Assembly: GCA_017431365.1 (NCBI GenBank)
Contig: JAFRLF010000001.1
Coordinates: 1 to 52,003, forward strand
Length of the DNA: 52,003 nucleotides
From: Clostridia bacterium
GTDB lineage: Bacteria; Bacillota; Clostridia; Christensenellales; Aristaeellaceae
Direction: 5' to 3'
Below the pieces are notes generated by a model, which was not told where the DNA came from, ran no database searches, and saw nothing but the letters and a program-made list of their open reading frames with translations. The translations under genes were made by a program, and so were the position numbers. Positions 18,743-28,863 of the stretch are shown here, piece after piece. The stretch's first letter is position 1, and each line of letters opens with the position of its first letter.

Positions 18743-19390
18743 TCACATTCTTCCCGCCATCAAGCTGGCCAGGTGGACGCCGTTCCCGCCGCCCGCAAGC
18801 ACGCCCTTCAGGCAGGCGTTGCAGTAGCACACGGCCCGGTCGGTCGCGTACTTTTTCACCTGATCGCGCATTTTCTCAAGGGCCTGCTCGTCGCTCAGGG
18901 GCGTCACATGCACGACCGCGTCGGAAAAGAACCGGGGCGCCAGCTTCAGCGCCGCGCCGGACACCGGCGTATAGAGGAACAGCCCGTCGAAATCCGCCCG
19001 GTCGAAACTGTCCTCCAGCTCCACGGGCACCATGTTCATGCGCCGGAGGCATGCCCTGACGGCCTCCTGCTGGGGGCGGTCGTTCCGGGCGCGCCAGCAG
19101 TCCTGCACGGTGATCCGCTCGCCGCCGTAATCCGGCCAGGGGAAATTGGGGTCTTTCAGGGCGTACTCCCACAGGCTGACCGTCTCCGCCTGGGGCGAAC
19201 ACTCCCTCGTGACGCCGAAACAGCTCTGGCAGTCGGAAACGAACAGATCCCCGGCCATAAGCCTCTTCTGCAGGGGGCGGCAGCAGTCCGGTATACTCAT
19301 GCCCTTGCGCGTGAGGAAATATCGCCCGAGCCTCTCCGTGGCACGCGGGTCGGCCTTTCTGAAATTGCAGCTGGGAAGGTAGTATTCCAT
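18743..19390 (-). CDS. Cysteine-rich hypothetical protein, co-directional and 36 nt downstream of tgt (possible metal/Fe-S binding; conceivably queuosine-related)
   Basis: Cys pairs/clusters (PSCNF, DCCRP, DCQSC, VCYCNAC); AAAGGGAG RBS 9 nt upstream; protein-like composition, unlike the antisense ORF 18722..19456. Confidence 0.5.
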   Translation of the reverse strand: MEYYLPSCNFRKADPRATERLGRYFLTRKGMSIPDCCRPLQKRLMAGDLFVSDCQSCFGVTRECSPQAETVSLWEYALKDPNFPWPDYGGERITVQDCWRARNDRPQQEAVRACLRRMNMVPVELEDSFDRADFDGLFLYTPVSGAALKLAPRFFSDAVVHVTPLSDEQALEKMRDQVKKYATDRAVCYCNACLKGVLAGGGNGVHLASLMAGRM

Positions 19391-19425
19391 GACGTCACGC
19401 TCCCTTTCGCCGTCGATGCGTTCCT

Positions 19426-20565
<1,140 letters not shown>

Positions 20566-20586
20566 TTACATATTGGTCTGATCGCT

Positions 20587-21108
20587 TCATCGCGATTGCG
20601 CCTGCGTCGCGCTCCGAACGTTCATCATGTCTTCGAGCGCCTCGAGCATGCTCTCATCCGGCTGAATGAGCAAGAGCCGCGCCATCTCGTCGCCGTCCTT
20701 TTTATAGGCGACGGCGCGGGTCTCGTGCGGCGACTGCCTGAGGACGGCCTTGTCGTACGCCTGGGCGTTGCCATAGGCCTTGAATACGTCGTCCTTCAGT
20801 CCCACGGCGAGGATCTGTCCGGCGGGTATGTCGTGAATGACGCGCGTATGATCCCGGTAGACGAGCTCCACGACGAAATGCTCCCCGTCGGCCGTGTAGC
20901 GGTAGCTCTTGACGCTCAGGCGCATGCACAGCACCGCCTCGATGATTATTACCGCCCACACGGCAAAGCGGATATACCTGAGGCTCTCCACGCCGGCCAG
21001 CGCCTGCTCCACCCATCCAGCCAGCACGATCGACGCGACCAGCCCGGCGATGATCAGGACCCCCGCCGCGGGCCTGATGTTCTGGCCCTTCAGGAGCTGG
21101 GACGTCAT
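20587..21108 (-). CDS. Hypothetical membrane protein (2 TM + soluble domain)
   Basis: Two hydrophobic helices near the N-terminus; start overlaps the upstream gene stop (ATGA at 21105-21108). Confidence 0.5.
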   Translation of the reverse strand: MTSQLLKGQNIRPAAGVLIIAGLVASIVLAGWVEQALAGVESLRYIRFAVWAVIIIEAVLCMRLSVKSYRYTADGEHFVVELVYRDHTRVIHDIPAGQILAVGLKDDVFKAYGNAQAYDKAVLRQSPHETRAVAYKKDGDEMARLLLIQPDESMLEALEDMMNVRSATQAQSR

Positions 21109-21905
21109 GGCTGCGTCTCCTGCGCATCGCCGTCGGAAACAGCTTCGTCCTCCGGTATTTCAGCGCCGAAGGCCCCCGGCTCGAACAGGACCTGCATCTC
21201 GTGGATGACGGCCGCCGCCGTGTCCGGATTCTGGCTGAACGCCATGATGCAGACGTATTTGTCCGTCGTGTCGTAGGAGAAGGCGTCGGTCAGGCCCGTC
21301 ATGGGCGTGGCCTGAAGCGCGTACACGTGCTGCACGCCGGTGGCCTTTTCGTTCTCGTCGAGCTCGTCGAAGGTCACCTTGCCGAGGCTCCGGTCACCGG
21401 TGTAGAGAAGGCCGTCTTCAATGTAGCCGTCCAGCGGGACCAGCAGGCCCTGATCCGCCAGATCCGTCATCAGGGTTCGGCTGATCAGGTATATGTCGCC
21501 CTCCTGCGCCGCCAGAAGGACCATGAACTTCTGCGCGGCGTAATAGTCGTTTTCACTGGTGCCCTCGCCCGAATAATCCAGGCCGAGGATCTCCAATTCC
21601 TGAAGGGCGGGCTCGTAATCCTCCGCCTGAACGTCGACGCCCGCTTCGGCGTCGCGCTGGATTTCCCATTCCTTGCCCGCGGCCAACAGCTGAGCCTGGA
21701 CCTCTTTGGTCGCGTCCGTGGCCGTGTTGACGTACGCGCCCACCATTTCGATGTCGATGCGCCGGGCGTTCGGCGCCCGGTAGGCCGTGGTGGAGAACAA
21801 AAGGTTCCCCAGCAGCACCGCGACGATGGCGATTAGTCCATAGATATATTTGTTGTAAAACACATGATTGCGGAATTTCGCGCCGGTCATTTTCGTATTC
21901 GGCAA
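21105..21905 (-). CDS. Hypothetical membrane-anchored acidic protein
   Basis: Single N-terminal TM (YGLIAIVAVLLGNLLF), acidic extracytoplasmic region; translationally coupled to the next gene. Confidence 0.5.
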   Translation of the reverse strand: MPNTKMTGAKFRNHVFYNKYIYGLIAIVAVLLGNLLFSTTAYRAPNARRIDIEMVGAYVNTATDATKEVQAQLLAAGKEWEIQRDAEAGVDVQAEDYEPALQELEILGLDYSGEGTSENDYYAAQKFMVLLAAQEGDIYLISRTLMTDLADQGLLVPLDGYIEDGLLYTGDRSLGKVTFDELDENEKATGVQHVYALQATPMTGLTDAFSYDTTDKYVCIMAFSQNPDTAAAVIHEMQVLFEPGAFGAEIPEDEAVSDGDAQETQP

Positions 21906-22131
21906 AGCAATGCACCTCCTGAGTCGGGATATCTCCCCAATTTTTATTATACAGGGGGACGCTCAAATCGGCAATAGACTTTTTTCGGGAAAATGCCCAC
22001 GAAGCGCCCCGGATCGAAGCCCAAAGGCAAATCAGTCTCATTTGTCAAAATGTCTTTACAAATCCGCAACTTTCAATTATCATAAGATATACTGTAAACA
22101 CATCGCCCTTGTCCAAAGGAGCTGACGGCCC

Positions 22132-23046
22132 ATGAACAGCGAATTTCTCAAATACATCAACGACGAGGCTCAGCGACTGAGCGGCGTTTACGTGCCGCTG
22201 CGCGCCGGGTTTCTTCGGCAGCGCCTTGTCAGAAGAGTGCCCCTGTCCTGGCTGCGCCCCAACCCGGACGACGAGTTCTGCTCCCGCGATATCGGTCCCA
22301 ACGACGGGATCATCGCGCGATACGCGAGAGCCTACCGCGAAATGAAGCCGGCCACCGATCTGACCGACTTCATACCGGACGGCAGCTTCGATTCGGACAG
22401 CGTCCTCAACCCGCTGATCGTCCAGAGGATCCACCCGGGCGGGTACATGATCCTCAACGGGCATCACCGGTGGGCCGCGGCGCGCCAGGTCGGCCGAAAG
22501 ACCATACGCGTCTGCGTCGTCAACCTGACGCAGAAGCAGGACGTCCAAAAGGCCCTCGACCTGTCCAAAAACACGAAACGCGCGACGCTGGACCTGGACG
22601 AAGTCGTCTTTTGCGAAAAGGGCGCGCCCTGTGAAAAGGCACTCCCGTTCCCGCTGAGCCGCGTGTATCCGCAGCGCGTGCGGCTCGGCGTGCCCGCGCT
22701 GTTTCACCGCCTCGCCCAATGGGGCTACGACGTCTGGGTCTACAGTTCCGGGTACTATTCGATGGATGAAATCACCCACCTGCTCGGCCACCACCGCGCG
22801 CGCGTCACCTGCGCGGTCACTGGCACCGCGCGCAAGGGCCCTCGTGGCGCACGCATGGACGAACAGCTCGAGGCCATGCTCGCGCGCAAGTACACCCAGA
22901 CCGTCCACATCGACCAGAAATCCATCCTTTTCGTGGACAGCCAGTCCAGGCGGTTTGAGGAATACCTGTTGAGCGGAACGGACGAATCCTGGAGTCGGGA
23001 GATCATCGGCCTCATGGGAAAGAAGGATGTGCATGCGAACAGCTGA
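22132..23046 (+). CDS. ParB/Srx-like (ParB N-terminal NTP-binding/nuclease-fold) domain fused to a HAD-like domain
   Basis: N-terminal half: LRPNPDDEF...PLIVQRIHPGGYMILNGHHRWAAARQVGRKTIRVCVV (ParB GxxR-box analogue). C-terminal half paralogous to the next gene, with a DLDEV motif-I-like start; AAAGGAG RBS. Confidence 0.6.
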   Translation: MNSEFLKYINDEAQRLSGVYVPLRAGFLRQRLVRRVPLSWLRPNPDDEFCSRDIGPNDGIIARYARAYREMKPATDLTDFIPDGSFDSDSVLNPLIVQRIHPGGYMILNGHHRWAAARQVGRKTIRVCVVNLTQKQDVQKALDLSKNTKRATLDLDEVVFCEKGAPCEKALPFPLSRVYPQRVRLGVPALFHRLAQWGYDVWVYSSGYYSMDEITHLLGHHRARVTCAVTGTARKGPRGARMDEQLEAMLARKYTQTVHIDQKSILFVDSQSRRFEEYLLSGTDESWSREIIGLMGKKDVHANS

Positions 23047-23536
23047 ACCGCAGAAGAAAATGCGCGTCTCCTTCGACCTGGACGAGGTGCTCTTCGTCTC
23101 CCCCGCGAACCACAAGACCGAGCCGCTGCCGCCCTGGCCGCTGCGCCTCATCTTCCGGGAAAACCTGCGCCTCGGCACGCCGGACCTGATCAACGAGCTG
23201 CAGCGCCTGGGGTACGACGTCTGGGTCTACACCTCCTCCTTCCGGACGGAGAGATACATCCGCACGCTGTTTCGGCTCTACGGCGTCCGGTTCGACGGCA
23301 TCGTCAACGCGGAGAGGCATCTTCGGGAGGTTCAGCGCAACAGAAAGACTCTCCTCCCGCAGAAGATGCCCAACTGGTACAAGATCTCCCTGCACGTGGA
23401 CGACGAGGAGGTCATCTGCTCCTCGGCGCGCCAGTACGGGTATGAGGCGTACCGCCTGGACGCCCAGGACGACGATTGGAAGGACAAGATCATCGCCCGC
23501 GCCGCGCAGATCAAAAGGGCGCGGGGCTTTGAATAG
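23033..23536 (+). CDS. HAD-like hydrolase domain protein (paralog of the C-terminal domain of 22132..23046; possible 5'-nucleotidase-like)
   Basis: SFDLDEVLF (motif I DxDxV), LGYDVWVYTSS (motif II-like), HVDDEE (motif IV-like DD). Shares LDLDEV... and LGYDVWVY blocks with the upstream protein. GAAGGA RBS 5 nt before the ATG at 23033 (ORF track 23027 overlaps the RBS). Confidence 0.55.
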   Translation: MRTAEPQKKMRVSFDLDEVLFVSPANHKTEPLPPWPLRLIFRENLRLGTPDLINELQRLGYDVWVYTSSFRTERYIRTLFRLYGVRFDGIVNAERHLREVQRNRKTLLPQKMPNWYKISLHVDDEEVICSSARQYGYEAYRLDAQDDDWKDKIIARAAQIKRARGFE

Positions 23537-23574
23537 ACCGCTGTGACGGGACCAACGGAGAGGAGGACGACCCC

Positions 23575-25254
23575 TTGGACAAAAACGCCAGCTTCGGCGC
23601 GCTCTACGCGGCTGACGATCTGAACCGCCTGCTGCCTTCCTCAGAGCAGGCCGGAGAGACCCGCGCCGACCGCGTCGTAGGATGTTTCTACTTTCTCACC
23701 CACGGAGCCGGTCAGCGGCCCACGCCCGCGCCGTGCAACGTGACGCAAATCATGCATACAACCCCTGAGGCGCTCGCCGACCTCTCGCACCCCGCCTGGG
23801 GCCATGGCGCTCTGTACTGGGATGAGCCTCTGTTCGGCTATTATTTTCAGACGGACAAATGGGTTCTGCGACGGCACGTCAAGCTGCTGACGCACGCGGG
23901 CGTGGACTTCCTGATCTTTGACACGACAAACCGCGTCACCTTCTGGCTGCACGTCAAAGCCCTGCTCGAAGTGCTTGAGGAATACCGCCTCGATGGCTGG
24001 GACGTGCCGAAAATCGCCTATTACACCAACACCCGCTCCGGTGAGACCGTCGATGAAATCTGGCGCGACCTGTACGAGCCCGGGTTGTTCTCGCAGCTCT
24101 GGTTCCGGTGGGAAGGCAAGCCCTTCATCATCGCCGATCCGGACGAATGCACCGGGGAGCAGCGCTCCTTCTTCACCTTCCGGCTGCCCCAGTGGCCCAC
24201 CGAAGCCCAAAAGCCGGGCGGCTGTCCATGGATCGATTTTGAGCGCCCTCAACGGGTCTGGGTCAACCCGTCGGGCGAGAACGAAATTGTTCCCGTCAGC
24301 GTGGCGCAGCACCCCAACCTGAGCTTTGGAGACGGCGCCTTTTACGGCGATCCGGTGCCGCGGGGCCGCGCTTTCCACGACGCCCGCAACGACAAAACGC
24401 CGGAAGCCCTCTTATACGGCTACAACGTGGCTGAACAGTGGGAACGCGCCATCAGCCTCGATCCGAAAATGGTCTTCTTCACCGGGTGGAATGAATGGAC
24501 GGTCGGCCGCATTCAGGGCGACGAGCCGCGTCCCGTCCTGCTGGTGGATCAGGCCGACAGGGAGTATTCGCGGGACGTCGAACCCATGCGGGGCGGTTTT
24601 TTTGACAACTACTACATGCAGCTGTGCGACTATATCCGCCGCTACAAGGGAGCGCCGCCCCTCCCAAAGAAACAGCCGCCTCACTGCATCGACCTGAACG
24701 CGCCGTTTGACCAGTGGAACGACATTCCCGCATATTGGGCCATGCCCTTCGGGACGATCCCCCGGCGCGCTGAAGGTCAGGGCGGCGTGATCTACGAAAA
24801 CGCCACAGGCCGGAACGAATTCGAATGCCTGAAAGTTGCGCACGACAGAGAAAACGTGTATTTCTACGCCCGCACGCGCAGGGACATCGTCTTCAACATG
24901 TTCACCAAGTGGATGACGCTGTACATCGGCGCGGCGGGCAGGCCCTATGAACCGCATTGGCACGGGTTTCACTACATCGTCAATGATATCGTCCTTGACA
25001 GATGCGCCACCTTTGTACAGAAATGCCTGGGCGGCTACCGTTTCGGCGGGAACACACGCATCCGTTACCGGTTCGAAGGCCGCGAACTGATGATTGCCGT
25101 GCCCAGGTCTTTCATGCGGCTGGATCAGGACGGATTCGAGCTGCGCTTCAAGTGGGCTGACCACACCGGAAAGAACGAGACGATATCCGATTTTTATGAA
25201 AACGGCGACGCCGCGCCCTACGGCCGCTTCGCCTATATCTACCGCGCACAGTGA
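23575..25254 (+). CDS. Putative glycoside hydrolase, GH99-like TIM-barrel (endo-alpha-mannosidase-like)
   Basis: N-terminal FYFLTHGAG and central FFTGWNEWTVGRIQGDE resemble GH99 family conserved blocks (FNEWHEG-type); TTG start with GGAGAGGAGGA RBS; assignment tentative. Confidence 0.45.
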   Translation: MDKNASFGALYAADDLNRLLPSSEQAGETRADRVVGCFYFLTHGAGQRPTPAPCNVTQIMHTTPEALADLSHPAWGHGALYWDEPLFGYYFQTDKWVLRRHVKLLTHAGVDFLIFDTTNRVTFWLHVKALLEVLEEYRLDGWDVPKIAYYTNTRSGETVDEIWRDLYEPGLFSQLWFRWEGKPFIIADPDECTGEQRSFFTFRLPQWPTEAQKPGGCPWIDFERPQRVWVNPSGENEIVPVSVAQHPNLSFGDGAFYGDPVPRGRAFHDARNDKTPEALLYGYNVAEQWERAISLDPKMVFFTGWNEWTVGRIQGDEPRPVLLVDQADREYSRDVEPMRGGFFDNYYMQLCDYIRRYKGAPPLPKKQPPHCIDLNAPFDQWNDIPAYWAMPFGTIPRRAEGQGGVIYENATGRNEFECLKVAHDRENVYFYARTRRDIVFNMFTKWMTLYIGAAGRPYEPHWHGFHYIVNDIVLDRCATFVQKCLGGYRFGGNTRIRYRFEGRELMIAVPRSFMRLDQDGFELRFKWADHTGKNETISDFYENGDAAPYGRFAYIYRAQ

Positions 25255-25269
25255 AAGGAGACGATGTCA

Positions 25270-26829
25270 ATGAAGATCCAACGCATCACGGCCGGGCGGG
25301 ACGCCGTCACGCTGTACACCGATTCGGACGGAAGCGCCGTCCTGCGGGAGAGCGTCCCCGTCGTGGGGGCCAAGCCGGGCCGAACGCTGACCCTTCTGCC
25401 CGTCGAAGTCACGAATAAGACGGTCGAGCTCCCGCGCTTCGACGGCGCGCGCGACCGCGTCTTTTCCCGCTTTGACCTCTTCGAAAGCGGCGCGCCGACG
25501 GCAGGGATCCGCTACGTGACGGACGCGGCGGCGGACGTGCCCGCCGACAACACCCCCTATCCTCAGCCCGACATCAAAAAAACGCTCGGCCTTCCGGGCG
25601 AACTGGCCAAACGACATCACATCCGTCAGGGGCTGATGAACATCAACCTGCCGGCGCTGATGACCACCCTGCCCGGGCCCGACGACATCGCGTATCCCTT
25701 CAACGGCCGGACCTACTACGTGCGCAGGGCCGCCGTCGAGGAAATCGACCGTCACATGACGTCCGTCCCCATGATGACTGCGATCCTGCTCAACTCGCCG
25801 CGCCTGTTCGGCTCAACCGGGGAACGGGCGCTGCTGGACGCCTGCATCCACCCCGGGTACGACTGGAACTGCTCGAACGCCTACATCAGCGCCTTCGACA
25901 TGGAGACCGAGGAGGGCCAGGGCTATTACGCCGCCTTCGTCTCGTTCCTGGTCGAGCGCTATACCCGGCCCGACAGAAAGTACGGCCACCTGGCGGGGGC
26001 CATCATCTCCAACGAGGTGAACAGCCAGTACATCTGGGGCAACGCCGGCGAGATGCCCGTCGAGGCCTACGTGCGCGAATACGCGCAGGCGCTGCGCCTC
26101 GCGTGGCTGTGCGGGCAGCGCTTCTGCGCGCACTTCAGGGTCTACATCTCGCTGGATCAGTTCTGGTGCGGGACGAATTTCGATCCGTCGCAGACGGGGC
26201 GCTACTACAGCGGACGGCGCATGCTTGAACTGCTGGCTCAGTACACCCGCGAGGAAGGCGATTTCCCCTGGAACGTCGCCTATCACCCCTACCCCGAGGA
26301 CCTGCGATGGCCGGACTTCTGGCACGACCGGGCGCCGGACTTCACCTTCTCAACGCCCAAGATCACCTTCAAGAACATGGAGGTGCTGGAGGCCTTCCTC
26401 TCGCAGGAGTCGTTCCTGTACCGCGGTGAACCTCGGCGCATCATCTTCAGCGAGCAGGGCTTCAACTCGCAGAACGGCCCCATGCAGGCCCTCACTGAGC
26501 GCATGGCCGCCGCGGGTTACGTGCTGGCCTACATGAAAGCCCGGCAGATGAAGACCGTCGACCTGTTCACGCACCACGCCACGGTCGACAACCCGCACGA
26601 ATTCGGGCTGAACCTCGGCATGTTCCGATACGATCCCGAAGCGCCTTACCATCTGGGCGAGGCCAAGCCCATCTTCGAGTCGTTCCTCGCCATGGACACG
26701 GAAAAAGAAGCCGCCGCCGTTCAGAAGGCGCGCGACTTCATCGGTCCGGAGCTGTTTGATTTCCTGCTCGACCCGCCCGTCCTCTGCGGAGAACGCGATA
26801 CCTCTCAGGACGACGCCTTCGGGGCGTGA
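25270..26829 (+). CDS. Putative glycoside hydrolase-like TIM-barrel protein (GH5/GH113-like or DUF-type; family uncertain)
   Basis: IISNEVNSQYIWGNAG resembles the NE(P/V) acid/base region of clan GH-A enzymes; GAAAGGAG RBS; the ATG at 25264 is an alternative start. Confidence 0.4.
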   Translation: MKIQRITAGRDAVTLYTDSDGSAVLRESVPVVGAKPGRTLTLLPVEVTNKTVELPRFDGARDRVFSRFDLFESGAPTAGIRYVTDAAADVPADNTPYPQPDIKKTLGLPGELAKRHHIRQGLMNINLPALMTTLPGPDDIAYPFNGRTYYVRRAAVEEIDRHMTSVPMMTAILLNSPRLFGSTGERALLDACIHPGYDWNCSNAYISAFDMETEEGQGYYAAFVSFLVERYTRPDRKYGHLAGAIISNEVNSQYIWGNAGEMPVEAYVREYAQALRLAWLCGQRFCAHFRVYISLDQFWCGTNFDPSQTGRYYSGRRMLELLAQYTREEGDFPWNVAYHPYPEDLRWPDFWHDRAPDFTFSTPKITFKNMEVLEAFLSQESFLYRGEPRRIIFSEQGFNSQNGPMQALTERMAAAGYVLAYMKARQMKTVDLFTHHATVDNPHEFGLNLGMFRYDPEAPYHLGEAKPIFESFLAMDTEKEAAAVQKARDFIGPELFDFLLDPPVLCGERDTSQDDAFGA

Positions 26830-26859
26830 CGCCTCCGGACGACGTCCCCCGGCAAAAAA

Positions 26860-26890
26860 CAGTGCCGCGCAGCCCATATGCGCGGCACTG
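26860..26890. terminator. Bidirectional Rho-independent terminator between convergent glycosidase and ABC substrate-binding genes
   Basis: CAGTGCCGCGC-AGCCCATAT-GCGCGGCACTG perfect 11-bp stem flanked by A-run upstream and TTGGTGTTT downstream. Confidence 0.7.
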
Positions 26891-26922
26891 TTGGTGTTTA
26901 TGCGGGTTTCTCAGGAAGGAGA

Positions 26923-28752
26923 TCAGCCCATGGCGGCCTGGTAGTTGGCCCAGGCGTTCTTGTAGATCGCTTCCCACTCGCGCAGGCCCATACCCTCGAG
27001 CTCTTCGACAAAGGCGTCGTACTCCTCGATGTCGCGCTCGCCGGCAATGAACTTGGCGATCTCGCCGTCGGCATAGACCTTCAGCTCGGCGTTGAAGTCG
27101 GACAGCTGTTCGGTCTCCTCGAGCGTGTAGTAGGTGATGGCCGGGAAGCCGCTGGTCTCATAGGGGGTGACCCACTCATACATGGAACCGCGGAACTGGC
27201 CTTCGGTGGTATGCACATCAAAGGTCGGCGGGTTGGTCGTGTACTCCATGTAGTGCTCGACGAAGTAGTTGAAGTCCTCTTCAGACTTCCAGCCAATGCC
27301 GCGAAGCTGCATGGCGTCACTGCGTCCGGCGTAGATGCCCTCGGGCAGGCCGACGGCACGGCTGGTGGCCACATGGCCGCCGTTCAGGCCGAAGGAAGCG
27401 TAGGGGCCACCCTGGATGGAGTACTTGTAGTCATAGTCGCCTTCGTAGGTGCCGTCAACGACCTCAGGAGTTTCACCCTTGACGGTGGCTAGGCCATCGG
27501 CGCGCACGGTCTCGTAATCGATGTACCAGTAAGCGCCCTGCACGATACCCATGGTGTTGTTGTTCCACCGCGGGCCGTCCCAGATCATCATGAAGCCGTA
27601 ATCGCTGTAGAAGAAGTCAGCCAGGCGGGCGATGATCTCGGGGTACTGCGTATCAGCGCTGGAAGCGAAGCCGCCCATATCCCAGCAGTTATACTCGAGC
27701 CACTGCTACTTGTCGTTCCACTGAGAGGTGAGGGGCGTGAAGGACACCCAGTGAGAATAATCTTCCTCAGCGGGGGTGACGGTGAAGGGCACGAAGGGAT
27801 ACACGCCCAGCTTGCCCTCGGACATCTTCGCGTTGACAGCGGTGCCGTCGTCGGTGAAGAAGCTGTTGGCAATGATGCCGTCCTCATAGAACTGATGCAT
27901 GATCTTCAGATATTCCTTGAACAGCGGGTCGCCCACGGGCAGGACAGCCTCGCCGTCGCGGACGGTGATCTTGGTGCCGTAATTGGCGCTGTTGCCCAGG
28001 AAGCCCATGGCGTTCAGGATGTAGTACCCGGGGTTCATGCTGTCGTTCGCGCCGCCCAGCGGGATGCAGTCCGGATCGGCTTCCTTGAAGGCGTACAGCA
28101 TGGCGATGAAGTCGTCCAGCGTCTTCGGCGGCTCAGTCAGGCCGACCGCTTCCATACGGTTGGTGTCGATGAAGATACGGTCGCTCTCGCCGTAGGGAGA
28201 GAAGTAGCCGCGGTTGGAGGGCAGGGTGTAGACCGCGCCGTCCGCCGCAGTGGCGTTGGCCCTGAAGATCGGGAACTCATCAAAGACCAGGCACAGGTTG
28301 GGCATGAGCTCCTCGTTGATATAAGGAGTGTAGTCCAGCAGCAGGCCTTCGCCGGCGCCGTAGTTCATAACTTCAGTGGTGGTCAGACCGATGCACAGCA
28401 TGATGTCCGGCAGATCGGCGGACGCGAAGAGCAGGTTCTTGCGCTCGGACAGAGCGGAGTCAAGCACCTGTTCGATCTCGAAGGTGACGCCGGTCTGCGC
28501 TTCCAGCCACTGCCAGAAATGCAGGTCATGGGGATCAGTCGGATGCGCGTCCTCCATGTGGGTGAAGACGCTCAGTGTCAGGCTCTCGCCCTCTCCGACC
28601 AGAGGCCAGGAGTTGCAGTCTGTCGCCATATAATCGTAATCGGGATTATACACGTACAGGCCGTCGCTGGCGTAAGTCAGGCCCTCAGCGAAGGCGGCGC
28701 CGCTCATCACGAGCATCGCAACTGCCAGAACCAGGCTAAGCAGCTTTTTCAT
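26923..28752 (-). pseudogene. Extracellular solute-binding protein (family 1, LplA-like) of an ABC transporter, interrupted by a single in-frame TAG at 27706-27708
   Basis: ORFs 27706..28797 and 26923..27678 are in the same frame and read continuously (...TSQWNDK*QWLEYNCWDMGGF...); combined length ~610 aa matches the lplA-type SBP; signal peptide MKKLLSLVLAVAMLVMSGAAFA with AGGAGGT RBS at the 28752 ATG. Confidence 0.65.
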
Positions 28753-28863
28753 GAGGTTACCTCCTTTTTTTGTTATTCCGTCCCCCTTCATGGGCAAGAG
28801 GGGCGGGTGCTTCTATCGAAACCGTCTCCAGCGGACGGTTTCAAACAACATTGGGACGGAGAA

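Noticed and set aside
18743-19390. Calling the Cys-rich protein epoxyqueuosine reductase QueH (DUF208) outright
   Set aside because: Only loose motif resemblance (CC pair, C-terminal CxC); the canonical CCAPC and NPNIHP blocks are not present, so it is left as hypothetical with a speculative note.
27706-27708. Amber codon as pyrrolysine/selenocysteine-type recoding
   Set aside because: No pyl genes or recoding elements visible in the window; a simple nonsense mutation or sequencing error is far more likely (kept as a finding only as pseudogene/readthrough).
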